In this document: positions 1-12,400 of the stretch, piece after piece | How positions within the stretch are numbered: the first letter of the stretch is position 1 | Layout of the letters: the number at the start of each line of letters is the position of its first letter | Source: an uncultured virus (IMG/VR IMGVR_UViG_3300042514_001512) | Lineage: Duplodnaviria; Heunggongvirae; Uroviricota; Caudoviricetes | DNA length: 56,912 nucleotides | Strand: one strand, 5' to 3' | Virus record (IMG/VR): IMGVR_UViG_3300042514_001512 | The notes under the pieces: model-generated | The model's database searches: none | What the model saw: the letters and a program-made list of their open reading frames with translations, nothing else | What the model was told of the DNA's origin: nothing | Position numbers and translations under genes: made by a program

Positions 1-1
1 C

Positions 2-1627
2 TCATTCAACTGTGGGGCGATGATTAATTTAGATTGTTATAAAGAGGTTAATGGTGAGTTAGTTGTTGACTATACCGGACCTTGTGGGTATACCTTTTGG
101 AATCAGAAACTGGTAACAAAGGGATGTTATACTTTTGTAACTACAATTTTTTTATCATTAGTCTCAGACTTTAAATTATTAACCGAGTGGGTTAGTCGTT
201 TATTAATAACATTTGCCGCATGTCGAAACGTGTGGGGGCATCTGTTCACAAATAATTGGATTAATGGTACTTTATACGCATTTAATTTTAATAATGATGT
301 CACATTTACATCTCCATTATCACCAAATCCAAATCAAGCAAGATATTCTTATTGTGATGATGTGGTTATATTTCATAATACTACTAACACATTTTATTAT
401 CGAAGTAGCCCATGGGACCGAACTGACTTTATTGGGCAAAATAGAGCAACACCAAATACTTTTACTTCGGCATTATTTGGGGGGTATGGTGGAAATATGT
501 ATAATTTATTATACCCAACGACCATTATGGATTTAGGCCCAAGAAATGATTATTTACAAGATATTGTAATGTCAGATAAATATGATGGATATGTCGCTAA
601 TAAATTAAAATCAACTACTTTCTCAGATGTTACTGAATTATTAAATTTGTTCGTAATTACTAGGCTGGCTAATTCAAGTTTCTTACAACTATTAATTGGT
701 GGAGGAAATGTGTTCTCATATTTTAGTAGAGTTAAAAATATGGTTGATGGGGATTACGCTCAGTCGATTTCAATTAATTCAGAACTTGGAGTCGCACCAT
801 TTCAATCGGCAAATTACCCCGACAGACCTGGACAAGATTCTATTTATATTAATACGCTTTCGGATGATGACCAAGTATTTGGAATATTCTACCAATCAGA
901 TACAAGACTAAGAGATTTAATTAGCCCAAAAAGGACAATTATTGACGATACTGTTCCGGCAACTAATGTGTGTGCGTTTAGTAATATTGAAGTTTCTTCC
1001 CAGGACGTTCCATTTTATCAATGGGAAGTTAGGACAAATAAAGTTGGTTCAAACGATAGTATTTTTGGTAGTCAAGTTAATGGGTGGATGACTGACCCGT
1101 TATCTACAACTAGTTTCTTTACTAAGAAATATCAAAGTTTAGATAGAATAGAATCAGCGTCAAGATATTTTAGAACTAATTCTACCGCAATGACTAAGTA
1201 CTTTAAGGGTTATCTATATAGTGTTGAACCAAAGACCGTTACAGGTGTTTGTAGTATTTTTGGTAATGTTTTAACAATTTATTCTCCCATTCCACAACTT
1301 TTACAAGAAGGGTTTGTATTAAGTGCCGCAGGGATTATTCCAAACACTACGATAATAAGTCAATTAACTGTAACATTACCAAGTACAGCTGCGGGTGGTT
1401 CAGGTACTTATCTTATTGATACTCCGCAAAATTTTGTTGGAGGGCCATTTACCGCAGTAGGGTTTATATATAGCGCGGTATTAAGTACTCAAGACCAAAA
1501 CACCCCTAAAGGTAGAGTAATAAACACAGGAGCTCCTTTCTATTTCTATTTTGGTTTGAAGAGAGGTGGTACCGCATTTGATAGATTTGTGATTAAATGG
1601 GTCGATACTAATAATATAACTGCGTAA
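2..1627 (+). CDS. Putative virion structural protein (5'-truncated by window edge)
   Basis: Frame is open from position 2 through the ATG at 20 to TAA 1627. First gene of a tightly coupled structural operon; aromatic/Asn/Thr-rich composition. Confidence 0.6.
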   Translation, partial: SFNCGAMINLDCYKEVNGELVVDYTGPCGYTFWNQKLVTKGCYTFVTTIFLSLVSDFKLLTEWVSRLLITFAACRNVWGHLFTNNWINGTLYAFNFNNDVTFTSPLSPNPNQARYSYCDDVVIFHNTTNTFYYRSSPWDRTDFIGQNRATPNTFTSALFGGYGGNMYNLLYPTTIMDLGPRNDYLQDIVMSDKYDGYVANKLKSTTFSDVTELLNLFVITRLANSSFLQLLIGGGNVFSYFSRVKNMVDGDYAQSISINSELGVAPFQSANYPDRPGQDSIYINTLSDDDQVFGIFYQSDTRLRDLISPKRTIIDDTVPATNVCAFSNIEVSSQDVPFYQWEVRTNKVGSNDSIFGSQVNGWMTDPLSTTSFFTKKYQSLDRIESASRYFRTNSTAMTKYFKGYLYSVEPKTVTGVCSIFGNVLTIYSPIPQLLQEGFVLSAAGIIPNTTIISQLTVTLPSTAAGGSGTYLIDTPQNFVGGPFTAVGFIYSAVLSTQDQNTPKGRVINTGAPFYFYFGLKRGGTAFDRFVIKWVDTNNITA

Positions 1628-1628
1628 T

Positions 1629-3425
1629 ATGGGGAATAGAATAGATACTCGAGTAGTTTTAGGGTCATTAAGGTACAAGTCGGCACCTGACACAAACCTA
1701 ATGTTTAATGTACCTTTAGTTCAAACTAATAAGGAGAATATTGAATTTGATAGGAATATTAATATTGACTTACAACAAGTTTTTGATGATGAAAGACAAA
1801 AATCCGACACATTTAGACCTGTATGCAAGTTCTCATTATTATTTAACAATTCTTATAGTGGGTCAACTAATTACGTACCATTAGAAAATAATTTATATTA
1901 TGTTAACGCTGTTGCAGCTGCTAAACTACAATGTGGGTATAATCCACAAACTGTTCTTTGGTCAGGGTTTCCACAATATAATGAGTTTGACTTTGTTCGC
2001 ACAGATTATAATGTCCCAGGATATACTCAACCACCCAATAATCATATTACTTTTATACCTAAAAGTGCTTCAAGTTATAATTGGAATTTTTTTGTTAGTT
2101 ATGCTTATGATAATGATTTTACAAAACCATTAGAGGCTATTGACCAAAAAAGTGGACAATTATTACAATGGATTTCTGGTGGAGGAATACCATTTATAAT
2201 TAATAACACAACATTTAATGGACAAAATTTAGTATCATTTAGATGTCCGGTAAAACATGGTTTATCTATTGGTGAGCACGTAAAACTTAACTTCAGTTAC
2301 ATTGGAATTGACACATTTCAAGTATATTCATTAGGAGACCAAAAATCGGGGAGTGAAGAATACATATTCAATATATATAACGTTGGGTTTACTGGCGCTG
2401 TTTTTGTTAATAATAAAAAAGGTTTTTTTAAAAGAATTATTGATATTGAAAATCCTAATGATACTACCTCACAATATTATGTTAGAAGACATAAATTATT
2501 AACTAACTCGCAAGACGCGGTATTAGTTAACGCAGGATTTGACCAAAATATTTTTGGTAATAAAAAGAAATTTGAAAGTAGTGGATTTACGCCAAATCGA
2601 GTTGCTAGGGTTTCAACTAAAGAAGGCTCGCAATCATATACACTATCTTTTAATAAAGACATAAATATTAATCCTATTAGAGATAATCAAAAACGACCTA
2701 TAAGTGAGTTATTTTTCACTGTCATTTGGAAAGGTTATTTTGGATTAATGTTTGGTACTAAAAAAAATCCAAATGATTATTTAGGACTTAAACAAGGTTA
2801 TGAATTTAATTTACCGGTTGACCCCGCAAACAATCAACCTAGTTCTTGGTGGGAGAACCTAAACAGTTTATCCGACACAACATTTCCTGTTGGTTTTTAT
2901 AACACACCACTTGGTGCTGGTTTAGGGCCTAATTCAGGGCCAATACCATTTACCTATATTGAATCGTTAAAACAAAATGATATTTTAGATGGGGATTTGT
3001 GTGAGTGGAATGAATCGGAACAAAAAGAAAGAGTTATCTCAAAATTATATCATAAGTACAGATTTAACCCATTTGTATTAAGCGTAACAGAACCACAACA
3101 ATCACCCTCAAACATGTTTGGGTATTATTATCAACCTCATTACCCAATAAAGATTAGGGATTATTCTGATTATATTGAAACGGGTAGTAAACAATTAACT
3201 GAGGGTATCCCTGACTATGCGTTTTATTCGCAAAAAACCGATTCATTTATTTGGAGAGATATATACCAATATGGTTTTATTAATAATGGTATTGGGGTTA
3301 ATTACCCATTTATTAATGGTACCCATTACCCTTATAATTATAATATTTTTAGAATAATTCCGGAAGGAAGTAATTATGGTATAGAAGGATTAACAACTGA
3401 CCCTATTATCGATGGATGTGAGTAA
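1629..3425 (+). CDS. Putative baseplate/tail structural protein
   Basis: 598 aa ORF coupled to both neighbours in the structural cluster; no enzyme motif. Confidence 0.55.
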   Translation: MGNRIDTRVVLGSLRYKSAPDTNLMFNVPLVQTNKENIEFDRNINIDLQQVFDDERQKSDTFRPVCKFSLLFNNSYSGSTNYVPLENNLYYVNAVAAAKLQCGYNPQTVLWSGFPQYNEFDFVRTDYNVPGYTQPPNNHITFIPKSASSYNWNFFVSYAYDNDFTKPLEAIDQKSGQLLQWISGGGIPFIINNTTFNGQNLVSFRCPVKHGLSIGEHVKLNFSYIGIDTFQVYSLGDQKSGSEEYIFNIYNVGFTGAVFVNNKKGFFKRIIDIENPNDTTSQYYVRRHKLLTNSQDAVLVNAGFDQNIFGNKKKFESSGFTPNRVARVSTKEGSQSYTLSFNKDININPIRDNQKRPISELFFTVIWKGYFGLMFGTKKNPNDYLGLKQGYEFNLPVDPANNQPSSWWENLNSLSDTTFPVGFYNTPLGAGLGPNSGPIPFTYIESLKQNDILDGDLCEWNESEQKERVISKLYHKYRFNPFVLSVTEPQQSPSNMFGYYYQPHYPIKIRDYSDYIETGSKQLTEGIPDYAFYSQKTDSFIWRDIYQYGFINNGIGVNYPFINGTHYPYNYNIFRIIPEGSNYGIEGLTTDPIIDGCE

Positions 3426-4227
3426 CAAATATAAATTTATATTACCGACAACGGATAAATATATTAATTTGCCAATAGAACTTAAATGGGATTTTTATGG
3501 TAGAGACGATAGTATTGAAATTTTCCAAGAAGAAGTTGTTGAAGATATCATAGGAGTTCCTGATGATTTTGAGATTTTAAGATTTGCCCACGATACTTAC
3601 AGATTTGGAAACTCTTTTGAAGATACTAAAATAAATTATGAATTTAATTTCTATAACGGTAACCCAAATACTGTTGGAACCTCAACAATTGCGAATTGGG
3701 TATGTAGTTATTTACCTGAAGGGTTTTCAGCGACAGAAGTTTATTATTATGAAAAACCTTTTACCAAATCATTTTTTAAGTTAGATTTTTATGATAGTAA
3801 TAGTGGTACAAATCAAACTAATTATTTTACTGTGATTTTACCCGTTCAACAGGGTCTTACTGAAAGTGTTAGTATTTCACCCATAAAACCAAACGTTGAT
3901 ATTAAAATACCTTCACAATTTTTAGATTATGTTGGGGACAAAGAAGGATTTTTTTTTTATTGGTTGAGAAAAAAAGAATTTATTGATATTAGTACGTTTT
4001 ATATGTCCGCAAAATTTTTTGATGCCAGATTAGGTGTATTTGTTAAAATGATGACAGTACCACAATCCACGTTACCTAATGTCTTTTTATTTAATGGTGA
4101 AGATAAGTTTTATTATAAAGTTGTTTTAAACTCTGTTAATCAAACCTATAGAATTTTTAACATTTCTAACGGACTTAGAGTTGGTGAGGGAACCCCCATA
4201 AAATGGTATGAATATGTAAACCCATAA
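3412..4227 (+). CDS. Putative structural protein
   Basis: 271 aa, overlaps the upstream gene by 14 nt; operon context. Confidence 0.5.
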   Translation: MDVSNKYKFILPTTDKYINLPIELKWDFYGRDDSIEIFQEEVVEDIIGVPDDFEILRFAHDTYRFGNSFEDTKINYEFNFYNGNPNTVGTSTIANWVCSYLPEGFSATEVYYYEKPFTKSFFKLDFYDSNSGTNQTNYFTVILPVQQGLTESVSISPIKPNVDIKIPSQFLDYVGDKEGFFFYWLRKKEFIDISTFYMSAKFFDARLGVFVKMMTVPQSTLPNVFLFNGEDKFYYKVVLNSVNQTYRIFNISNGLRVGEGTPIKWYEYVNP

Positions 4228-4228
4228 T

Positions 4229-5407
4229 ATGGATAATAGAATTTATTATATAAAAATATCTCCAGAAGTTATTAAAAACGATATCTTCAAGGTTAATATA
4301 TACTCACCTTATACCGAAGATATTGAGATACCCTTTTGTTGTGATATATATACCCAGCAAGTTACAAAATATGTGACAGGACATACATATGTGTATTCAT
4401 CCATGACTGAAATTTTATCAGGTGGAACCAACGGGGATTCAATCTTAACAGGACTTACGGTTCCAATTATGTTAACTGAGAATACGGTTGATTTAGGGTA
4501 TTATTCAGTTTTTGATGGAATGGTGTTACAACAGGAAACTATGACTAATTTTTTGTTTTCTGCGACAACAACGTTCCCTAACGTATATTATTTTTATAAT
4601 ACTTCCGATACCGAGTTTAAAAAATATTTAGAATTTTCAAATTATTATGTTGATTGGGGTGACGGAACGCCAATACAAACAATAACAACAAACGCACCAA
4701 ATTATTACCAACACACTTACTCAACAATTGGGGAATTTACTATTATTATGTCAGGAATGAGTCCATGGGGTTCAAATATTGTTAAAAAAACAGTTGAAGT
4801 TCCATTTACTAACATTGTAATAACTAATCCTAATGGTACCGCTTATTTTACACCTGCGGGTGGTAGTTGGAGTGGGACTATGTTTAATTATGATTACATT
4901 TTTAGTGGTGACGCTAGTTGTGACGCGCAAATAATGGACATTACAAATTTTACCACAGTCCCTTTTATTGTTACAGGGTACACTAAATCTTCTGTTAGCG
5001 ATTTAGAAGTGTATGGAAATAAATATACTTTGTTTGGTGGAAAATATAATGTAGGGGTTCAAATAACTGGCACATCGGGAAACATTGGAACGTATTGGGG
5101 ACCACACCCAACAGAACCATACACAGCATATACAATTAATGGAATGAATTACTATGATTATAGTGATGGTACTACAGTATTTGCGGTTGAGTCTTCGGGA
5201 TTAACTCAAGATATGTTAATTTGTTCTGCAATTACAAAAAATGAGGTATTGATAAATGTAATTGATGAGGCTGAAGTTCAAAGTAATGTTTTTGTTGAAC
5301 GAGGTAAACTATCTGGTTTGGAACGAATTGAAAGATTGGGGGAAATTGATAATATAGGTGACCTTGAAAAATACGGATATGGTTTTTTTGATATAATAAA
5401 AATATAA
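4229..5407 (+). CDS. Putative structural protein with PKD/Ig-like domain
   Basis: PKD-type signature VDWGDGT...HTYSTIGEFTI. Confidence 0.55.
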   Translation: MDNRIYYIKISPEVIKNDIFKVNIYSPYTEDIEIPFCCDIYTQQVTKYVTGHTYVYSSMTEILSGGTNGDSILTGLTVPIMLTENTVDLGYYSVFDGMVLQQETMTNFLFSATTTFPNVYYFYNTSDTEFKKYLEFSNYYVDWGDGTPIQTITTNAPNYYQHTYSTIGEFTIIMSGMSPWGSNIVKKTVEVPFTNIVITNPNGTAYFTPAGGSWSGTMFNYDYIFSGDASCDAQIMDITNFTTVPFIVTGYTKSSVSDLEVYGNKYTLFGGKYNVGVQITGTSGNIGTYWGPHPTEPYTAYTINGMNYYDYSDGTTVFAVESSGLTQDMLICSAITKNEVLINVIDEAEVQSNVFVERGKLSGLERIERLGEIDNIGDLEKYGYGFFDIIKI

Positions 5408-5408
5408 T

Positions 5409-5537
5409 ATGGATATTTATTGTTATGAAACAAAACAATTATCTAAATTAAAATGGGTTAATGAAAATATTAAACCTGTAGAAATTTTAGTTGTTGATAA
5501 AAGAAATAATGAAGTAATAAAAAAGAATATTTTATGA
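5409..5537 (+). CDS. 42-aa micro-ORF missing from the ORF track
   Basis: MDIYCYETKQLSKLKWVNENIKPVEILVVDKRNNEVIKKNIL* fills the gap exactly: starts 1 nt after the previous stop, and its TGA overlaps the next ATG (ATGA). Confidence 0.4.
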   Translation: MDIYCYETKQLSKLKWVNENIKPVEILVVDKRNNEVIKKNIL

Positions 5538-6442
5538 GTGTTGGAACATACGGAACAATAAGGCCAGCGGATGTCTCTCCCGAAGATGTAGAGATAATTT
5601 TGAATTTTACCCCATCAAGGGATGAAACGGATAATTTTATCTTAACTAAGTTAAATGCGACATCAATCTTAAGACCATACTTTAATAACAATGATACTGG
5701 TGGTAACCCTAATATTGAAATATTGGGTGGTTTATATAATTTAAGGTTACCTTCAGACCAATTTAATAAAATTGGTATCTATACCTTAATGGTTAGACCG
5801 GCCCAAATAAGAACAAGAATACTTGATTGTGGTGTTCTATCGGCATTACCAAATGTTAAAGGGTTAGTTATTGATTTAAATGACGTGCCAACTCAGTTTA
5901 GAAATAAATTTGTTAATCAAGGATTGGTTGGTTTTAGAATTGAATATTTAAATTCTGACGGAACTAAAGTACCTAATTTTTTTAGATTAATAACTTCATC
6001 ATTTTTTTGTGAACCAGTTGTTCAAAACTTAACTAATACTTCTCAAAAAGCTATTAGATATAGGTATACTGATAATAATACAAATTTAATTTTTTGTACT
6101 GTTTCACCATCATCATCACCTACTAATAAGCCAAATGCAACACCGTATATTGGGCAACCTGACCAAGATATCATTATTACAAATACTTTCTTTAATCCAA
6201 TAACATTGGATATTGAAATTGCTGAACACGATTTCTCAACATTGGCAATTGCATTGTTTGGTAATCAAACTAAGTCTATGGATGATGGTATCTACACATT
6301 ATACGATACTCAAAATAACATATACAGACAATACAATTTATATGAAATTAGAGACCAATTTAATGAATTACTTTATGAGGTTAGACAAGATAGGGGAAAT
6401 AATATTGACTTCAGTAAAAACTTTACAAATATAACGCAATAA
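5534..6442 (+). CDS. Putative baseplate structural protein
   Basis: 302 aa; stop overlaps the next start (TAATG); lies next to the wedge-like gene. Confidence 0.55.
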   Translation: MSVGTYGTIRPADVSPEDVEIILNFTPSRDETDNFILTKLNATSILRPYFNNNDTGGNPNIEILGGLYNLRLPSDQFNKIGIYTLMVRPAQIRTRILDCGVLSALPNVKGLVIDLNDVPTQFRNKFVNQGLVGFRIEYLNSDGTKVPNFFRLITSSFFCEPVVQNLTNTSQKAIRYRYTDNNTNLIFCTVSPSSSPTNKPNATPYIGQPDQDIIITNTFFNPITLDIEIAEHDFSTLAIALFGNQTKSMDDGIYTLYDTQNNIYRQYNLYEIRDQFNELLYEVRQDRGNNIDFSKNFTNITQ

Positions 6443-9400
6443 TGGCCGTTACAAAATATACTTGCCCACCTCAGTCCGCTTCAGGAGCTGGTACCTTTTC
6501 CGATAATTTAGTTGGTTTCCAATTAGTTACTGGCGGAGGTTTAACGCAAGGAAATTTTGAATTTGTTAGTTCTATTAATGAAAAAACAAATAGAACCTTT
6601 AATACGGGTAACTTCTCAGACCCTATCAGTTTAGATAGTATGGGTGTTAGTGGTGTGGTACAATCTAAATCTATTTTTGAAAATAACTTTAAGGTTTATC
6701 CTAATTTTGACATGAGTCAAATTACCAACTTCACATTATATGGGTCGATGGTTAAACGTATTTCAGTTTCGGTTGAAACCATTATTAGTAAGTTCCCTGC
6801 AGCATTAGAATCAACATTCATGGGGACTAACTATGTGACAGGTGCGACCGCAACTAACATTTTGTTTAATTCGGTTTACGATGAGACCGTTTTTGATTTG
6901 GACGTTTCAAAATTAAGAAATCCATTTGATATTGACTTTTCGGTTAACTCAACAAGAAATTTAGAATTAAAAGAAATTAGTGTATCTCCATTAAGAGATA
7001 TGACAATCCAATATGCTAAGTATTCTTTATACGTTAATGGGGTTGGATATGATGTTAAATCTTTAACACCAACAACCAATACTTCTAGTGGAGTATTACA
7101 AATATCCGTTAGTGGAAACCCTTTTTCAGGACAAAGTATTGTATATTATAGTTTTGTTATTCGGCCTAACGACTATGAGGTTACTAAAATATTTAATGAA
7201 GATTTAGATGAAGTTGAAAATTTCTTATTAAATAGAAGTGTGACACCAATTTATACCGCAACATTTCAAGTACCAAGAGAATCTGAAGATGGAACATATT
7301 ACACCTCAAATCAACCAATTACATGGCCATTGTATGGTGAGTGGAATATTGATATTATAACCAAATCATTTGAAAATTATTTAATACAATTAAATGAGGT
7401 TAGTGAGTATTTTGACATTTATACAACAAATTTAGTCTCAAGATTTTTAATTACAGGTTCATTTAAAGAATTTGATACTGTAACTCAAAAAATGGAAAAA
7501 GTTCTACAAATTTATGGTAGAAGTTTTGATGAAACTAAAAAATTCATAGACGCTTTAGCATTTATGACTTCGGTTAATTATAATGTTGGTAATGATATAC
7601 CGTCACAATTATTAAAAAATTTAGCACAAACATTAGGATGGGGAATTAACATTTCACCAATAACCGAGGATGATTTTTTAGGTTCTGTGTTTGGTCAAAA
7701 AAATAAAGACAATTCACAATTTACTGGAACGTCACAAAAACAAACACCCGATGAATTAAATTATCAGTATTACAGAAATTTAGTATTAAATTCCGCTTAC
7801 TTATTTAAATCTAAAGGAACAAGAAAATCAATTGAAGTTTTAATGAGATTGGTTGGTGCTCCTGAAGCCTTAGTTGAATTTAATGAATATGTTTATGTTG
7901 CTGACCAAAAAATTAATTTAGAACAGTTTGAAACACAATTCTATAATATTTCTGGTGGGACATACATTCAAGAATTACCGACTTACGAACAAGGTAATAC
8001 CTTTAACATTATGGGAGTTACCTATACAGGTTTTACAACTCAAACAACAATTCAGGATGTTAATATTAACCGAGGAGAATACCCTATGGATTTTTATGGA
8101 TATCCACAAGCACCTATCGACACTGAAAATTACTTTTTTCAGATAGGTAGCGGTTGGTTTGAACAAACACCAAAACACAGAGCTCCTGAACAAGTTGATT
8201 TAAATAATAGTGTATTCACAGGTTCTAACCCTAATTATCAAACAACTTTAATACCTTATTCATACGGTCAAGAATATCTTAATCGATTTAGGGACTTTCC
8301 ATTTATGACATTAGGTTATAATTTGAGTGCAGTTCCTGATAATAATAAAAGTTGGACTGATAATGAAGTTGGAATAAGAAGTAATTTAGATGGAGGGATT
8401 AATGCTCGTTATTTTGCCGATGATGAAAGATTAGTATTAAATGTTAAAAATGTTGATTTATTTTTGAATCCTGCTCAAGGTATAGTATATGACGTATGGT
8501 ACATGTCTAGACAATATAATTACCCAATCCCAAATCAAGGTTTAAATTATGTAGCACCAACTTATTGTAACCCACACCCAAATATCAAGTATCCACAAAG
8601 AGGTGGTGTGGATTGGACTGAAATCAACCCACAACCAAAAAGAAAAACATTCTTTGAGTTTGCTCAAACATTTTGGCAAAATACTATCAATGTTAGAAAT
8701 AGACAATATGCCACAGATGGTAAAACAAGTGGTTATCCAACTTTATCTTCTATTTTTTGGAAGTATTTAGAGTCTCAACAGACAATAAATATACCTAACG
8801 ATAATTTCACATATCAAACAATGATTGACTACGTGAATGGTATGGGAGATTATTGGATTAGACTTGTTGAACAAATGATTCCTGCAACAACTATTTGGAA
8901 CACTGGTGTTAAGTATGAAAATTCAATATTTCATAGACAAAAATTTGTTTGGAGAAGACAAGAGTGTTGTAAATTTATACCAGTACCATGTAAACCATGT
9001 TCATTAACCTCAAACATATATCGATATGATTGTAATATACAATCAGTTGAATGTGGTGTGTATCCTTGGTATGGAAGTTCTACTATTAATAGTTTTAATG
9101 CGGTTTTAGGTCAAGCACTTAATAACTATCTTACTGCTAATGGTTATACCTTAAATAACTGTTTATTAAATACTTTAACAACTAATTGGTTTGTAGAAAT
9201 AAAAATTAATGACTCAACTGTTATTCAATACCCATTTTTTGATGGAATTGGTTATACAAATATAAGTTTAAGCTCACCACAACCAAATGATTGGGATTCC
9301 GCATTATTAATAGCGTTAAATGATTTAACAATTTACGGATATGACTATTATTTAACAACTACCGATACTGTAGTTATTTATAATTCAATTTGCTCCACTT

Positions 9401-9462
9401 CAGCCTTTGGTGATAACTTTAAACTAAATGTTGGAATAAACTTTAATATTTTATGTAATTAA
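6442..9462 (+). CDS. Baseplate wedge-like protein (P2 gpI / T4 gp7-like motif)
   Basis: LLKNLAQTLGW...YLFKSKGTRKSIEVLMRLVG matches the KGT motif of contractile-tail baseplate wedge proteins; later IPATTI motif. Confidence 0.65.
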   Translation: MAVTKYTCPPQSASGAGTFSDNLVGFQLVTGGGLTQGNFEFVSSINEKTNRTFNTGNFSDPISLDSMGVSGVVQSKSIFENNFKVYPNFDMSQITNFTLYGSMVKRISVSVETIISKFPAALESTFMGTNYVTGATATNILFNSVYDETVFDLDVSKLRNPFDIDFSVNSTRNLELKEISVSPLRDMTIQYAKYSLYVNGVGYDVKSLTPTTNTSSGVLQISVSGNPFSGQSIVYYSFVIRPNDYEVTKIFNEDLDEVENFLLNRSVTPIYTATFQVPRESEDGTYYTSNQPITWPLYGEWNIDIITKSFENYLIQLNEVSEYFDIYTTNLVSRFLITGSFKEFDTVTQKMEKVLQIYGRSFDETKKFIDALAFMTSVNYNVGNDIPSQLLKNLAQTLGWGINISPITEDDFLGSVFGQKNKDNSQFTGTSQKQTPDELNYQYYRNLVLNSAYLFKSKGTRKSIEVLMRLVGAPEALVEFNEYVYVADQKINLEQFETQFYNISGGTYIQELPTYEQGNTFNIMGVTYTGFTTQTTIQDVNINRGEYPMDFYGYPQAPIDTENYFFQIGSGWFEQTPKHRAPEQVDLNNSVFTGSNPNYQTTLIPYSYGQEYLNRFRDFPFMTLGYNLSAVPDNNKSWTDNEVGIRSNLDGGINARYFADDERLVLNVKNVDLFLNPAQGIVYDVWYMSRQYNYPIPNQGLNYVAPTYCNPHPNIKYPQRGGVDWTEINPQPKRKTFFEFAQTFWQNTINVRNRQYATDGKTSGYPTLSSIFWKYLESQQTINIPNDNFTYQTMIDYVNGMGDYWIRLVEQMIPATTIWNTGVKYENSIFHRQKFVWRRQECCKFIPVPCKPCSLTSNIYRYDCNIQSVECGVYPWYGSSTINSFNAVLGQALNNYLTANGYTLNNCLLNTLTTNWFVEIKINDSTVIQYPFFDGIGYTNISLSSPQPNDWDSALLIALNDLTIYGYDYYLTTTDTVVIYNSICSTSAFGDNFKLNVGINFNILCN

Positions 9463-12400
9463 TGTCTTGTACTTTATTATACACCTCAGCCATAACTGGT
9501 GATTGTTCAAATACTAATGTTGGAGCATTTAATATAAATATTAATGGTAGTGCTCCTGATTATTCAATTCAGTGGATTAATCCATCTTCTTTAGGAACTA
9601 TAGCGTTAGGTGCTGGTATTACACAATATGAGGTTACATCATTATCTGCGGGGACTTACACATTTAATATTATTGATTCATGTATACCAACATTAACGGT
9701 TGTCCCCGTAAATGTATATATATCAAGTGGAACGTGTGTAAGTATTGATTCTCATACTAATGCTACTTGTGGTCAAAATAACGGTAGCCTTACCGCATCA
9801 ACCCAAAATCTTTATGGTATAAGTCAATTCTACCTTTACGATACAATTAATGGTTATATTACGTCGGCGTCATCAGTAACAAATACTTTTGCATTTGATA
9901 ATATGTTAAGTCCTGGGATTTATTATGTTATAGGTGATGACGGTGGTGGATGTTCAGGTAAGTCAGAAACATGTATTGTTCAAAGTGCGGAAACATTTGA
10001 CTACGGATTTTATGTTGTTAATGATGCGGGGTGTGCAGTAAATTCAGGTAAAATATTTATTACAGGATTGACAGGTACACCACCATACACTTATTTATGG
10101 TCAAACGGAGAAACAAACTCATCAATTAGCGGTTTAAGTGCCTCGACTTACGGTGTTATTGTTACTGATGGTAATGGATGTACTATTTCTAAATCGGTAA
10201 CGGTATTACAAGTGCCATTAGTTGGGTTAGGGGCTTTTACCTCAATTAGCCCAACTTGTTTTGCGTCTAACGGAGAAATTACGGTTACGGTAACAGGTGG
10301 AACCGCGCCATATTATTTTTCAGGTTCAAATGGGACTGTTTATATTACATTTGACCAAACTTATACTTTTACAAATTTAGCTTCAGGTGTTTTTACAGTA
10401 CAAGTGACGGATGCTGGTTTATGTAATTTTGTTGCAAGTACAACATTATTACCTCCAGGAGGATTTAGTATTGTTGGTATTGGTGTTAATAATTCAAACT
10501 GTAACAATAACGGGGGGTCTTTAAACCCAATTCAATTATTTGGTGGTAGTGGTAATTACACTTATGATTTACAATATCCTGATGGAAATAATTTGGTTCA
10601 AAGTACAACAAATCAAAATTGGCAATTTACGGGACTTTCAGGTGGTACCTATAATTTAACAATTAGTGATGGTGTCTGTACCTTTACCAGTGCTTATACT
10701 ATCAATAATACAGTTCAATTTAATTTGACGACAACAAGTACAGGAACAACTTGTAGTTTTACTAATGGGGCTATTAACTTAGAAATTTCAGGTAGTACAG
10801 GGCCTTATACTTACTCAATAAATGGGTCAAGTTTGGTTTCGCCTTTAAGTGCATATACATTTAGTAATCTGGCCTCAGGAACATATACTGCTAGTGTTAC
10901 AGACTTTAGTGGGTGTCAACAAACTAATTCTGTGTTAGTTGCTCCATCCTCAAATCCTAATTTTATATTAAATGCGACAAATACAGTAAATGGTTCTGAT
11001 GGTACTATCACCGCATACATAACTAATGGTGTACCACCATTTACTTTAAATTGGAGTAGTAACGTAAATGGACAAACAGGGTATACGATTAATAGTTTAT
11101 CCGCTGGCACGTATTCACTTACAGTTATAGATTTTAATGGGTGTTCTACAATATCAAGTGTTATTATTACAGGTACAAATAGTGTATCATCCTATCAGAC
11201 ATATACAATATGTGATACTGATTTTATCAATTCACCAAATGCGATTAAAACCGGTCCTAAACAAATGTTAAATGAAGGTTTTTATGATTTAACAATTAAT
11301 GATATAAATTGTGTTTTAAATGAGGCAATTTTTGAAGCGATTGTGAGTGTTAGTGGTAATGTTTTAACTCAACAATTTTATGCTGGTACAACATTAAACG
11401 AATATCCTGCAGATAATCAATTTTATGACACAATTACGGGGTTATTATTACAATTTGATGGTATTGCAAGTGTGGATATTAATCCCCTAACAAATACTAT
11501 TCAAATTTTAACTGATTGTGAATCTTTAGTTTCTTTATCGGACGCTCAAGTTATTATTAACATGAAAATATATTATGATATCTCGTGCGTTAGTTGTCCT
11601 AGTCCTAGTCCAACACCAACATTAACACCAACACCAACTAACACTCCGACACCAACAGTCACACTTGGGTTAACTCCAACACCAACAAATACTTCAACTC
11701 CAGCAAATACGCCAACACCTACACCAACAAAAACACCAACTCCAACACCTTTACCGATAATACCAATATGTTCTGTATTAATTAATAATGGTGTTGACGT
11801 ATCCGCCTATTTTCCATCATCAAATACTAACGTATTTTTAGGTAATTCTTTTCCATCATCACCAGATATTGCACATACAACAACTAAACTATGGATGTAT
11901 GATGGGTCGATAATTAAAGAATATAACATAACATTAAACCCTTGGTCAAAAACTTTCAACAGAAACATTGCATACCCTTCAGGTGTTTCTTTAGGGTTTG
12001 GTTTAGGGGCCATTAGCAACTCTCTGTTAATCTCAACAAACGTTTCAGTATCTCCTAATCAAATAATTACTTTAGATATTAACACAAGTACCGCAGTTTC
12101 AACTGTAATTGGAACACTAGGGGTTGGTAGGACTGTTTCGGGTGATATTTTATTAACAACTACAAATAAAATATTAGTTACTAATCAATCTACTACTGGT
12201 CCTTTTACATCTACATATCTAACCCAATATAGTTATCCGTCAGGTGCTTTTGAAGTTGAGGTCGATATTACGTCAACCATACCTTTTCCGTATGGTATAT
12301 TTATCGATAGTAGTAAAATATATGTTTGTAACAGTGGTGGTCAAATATATAAGGTTAATGTTAACTTCCCATACGCACAAACATTATTTAATAACTCAGG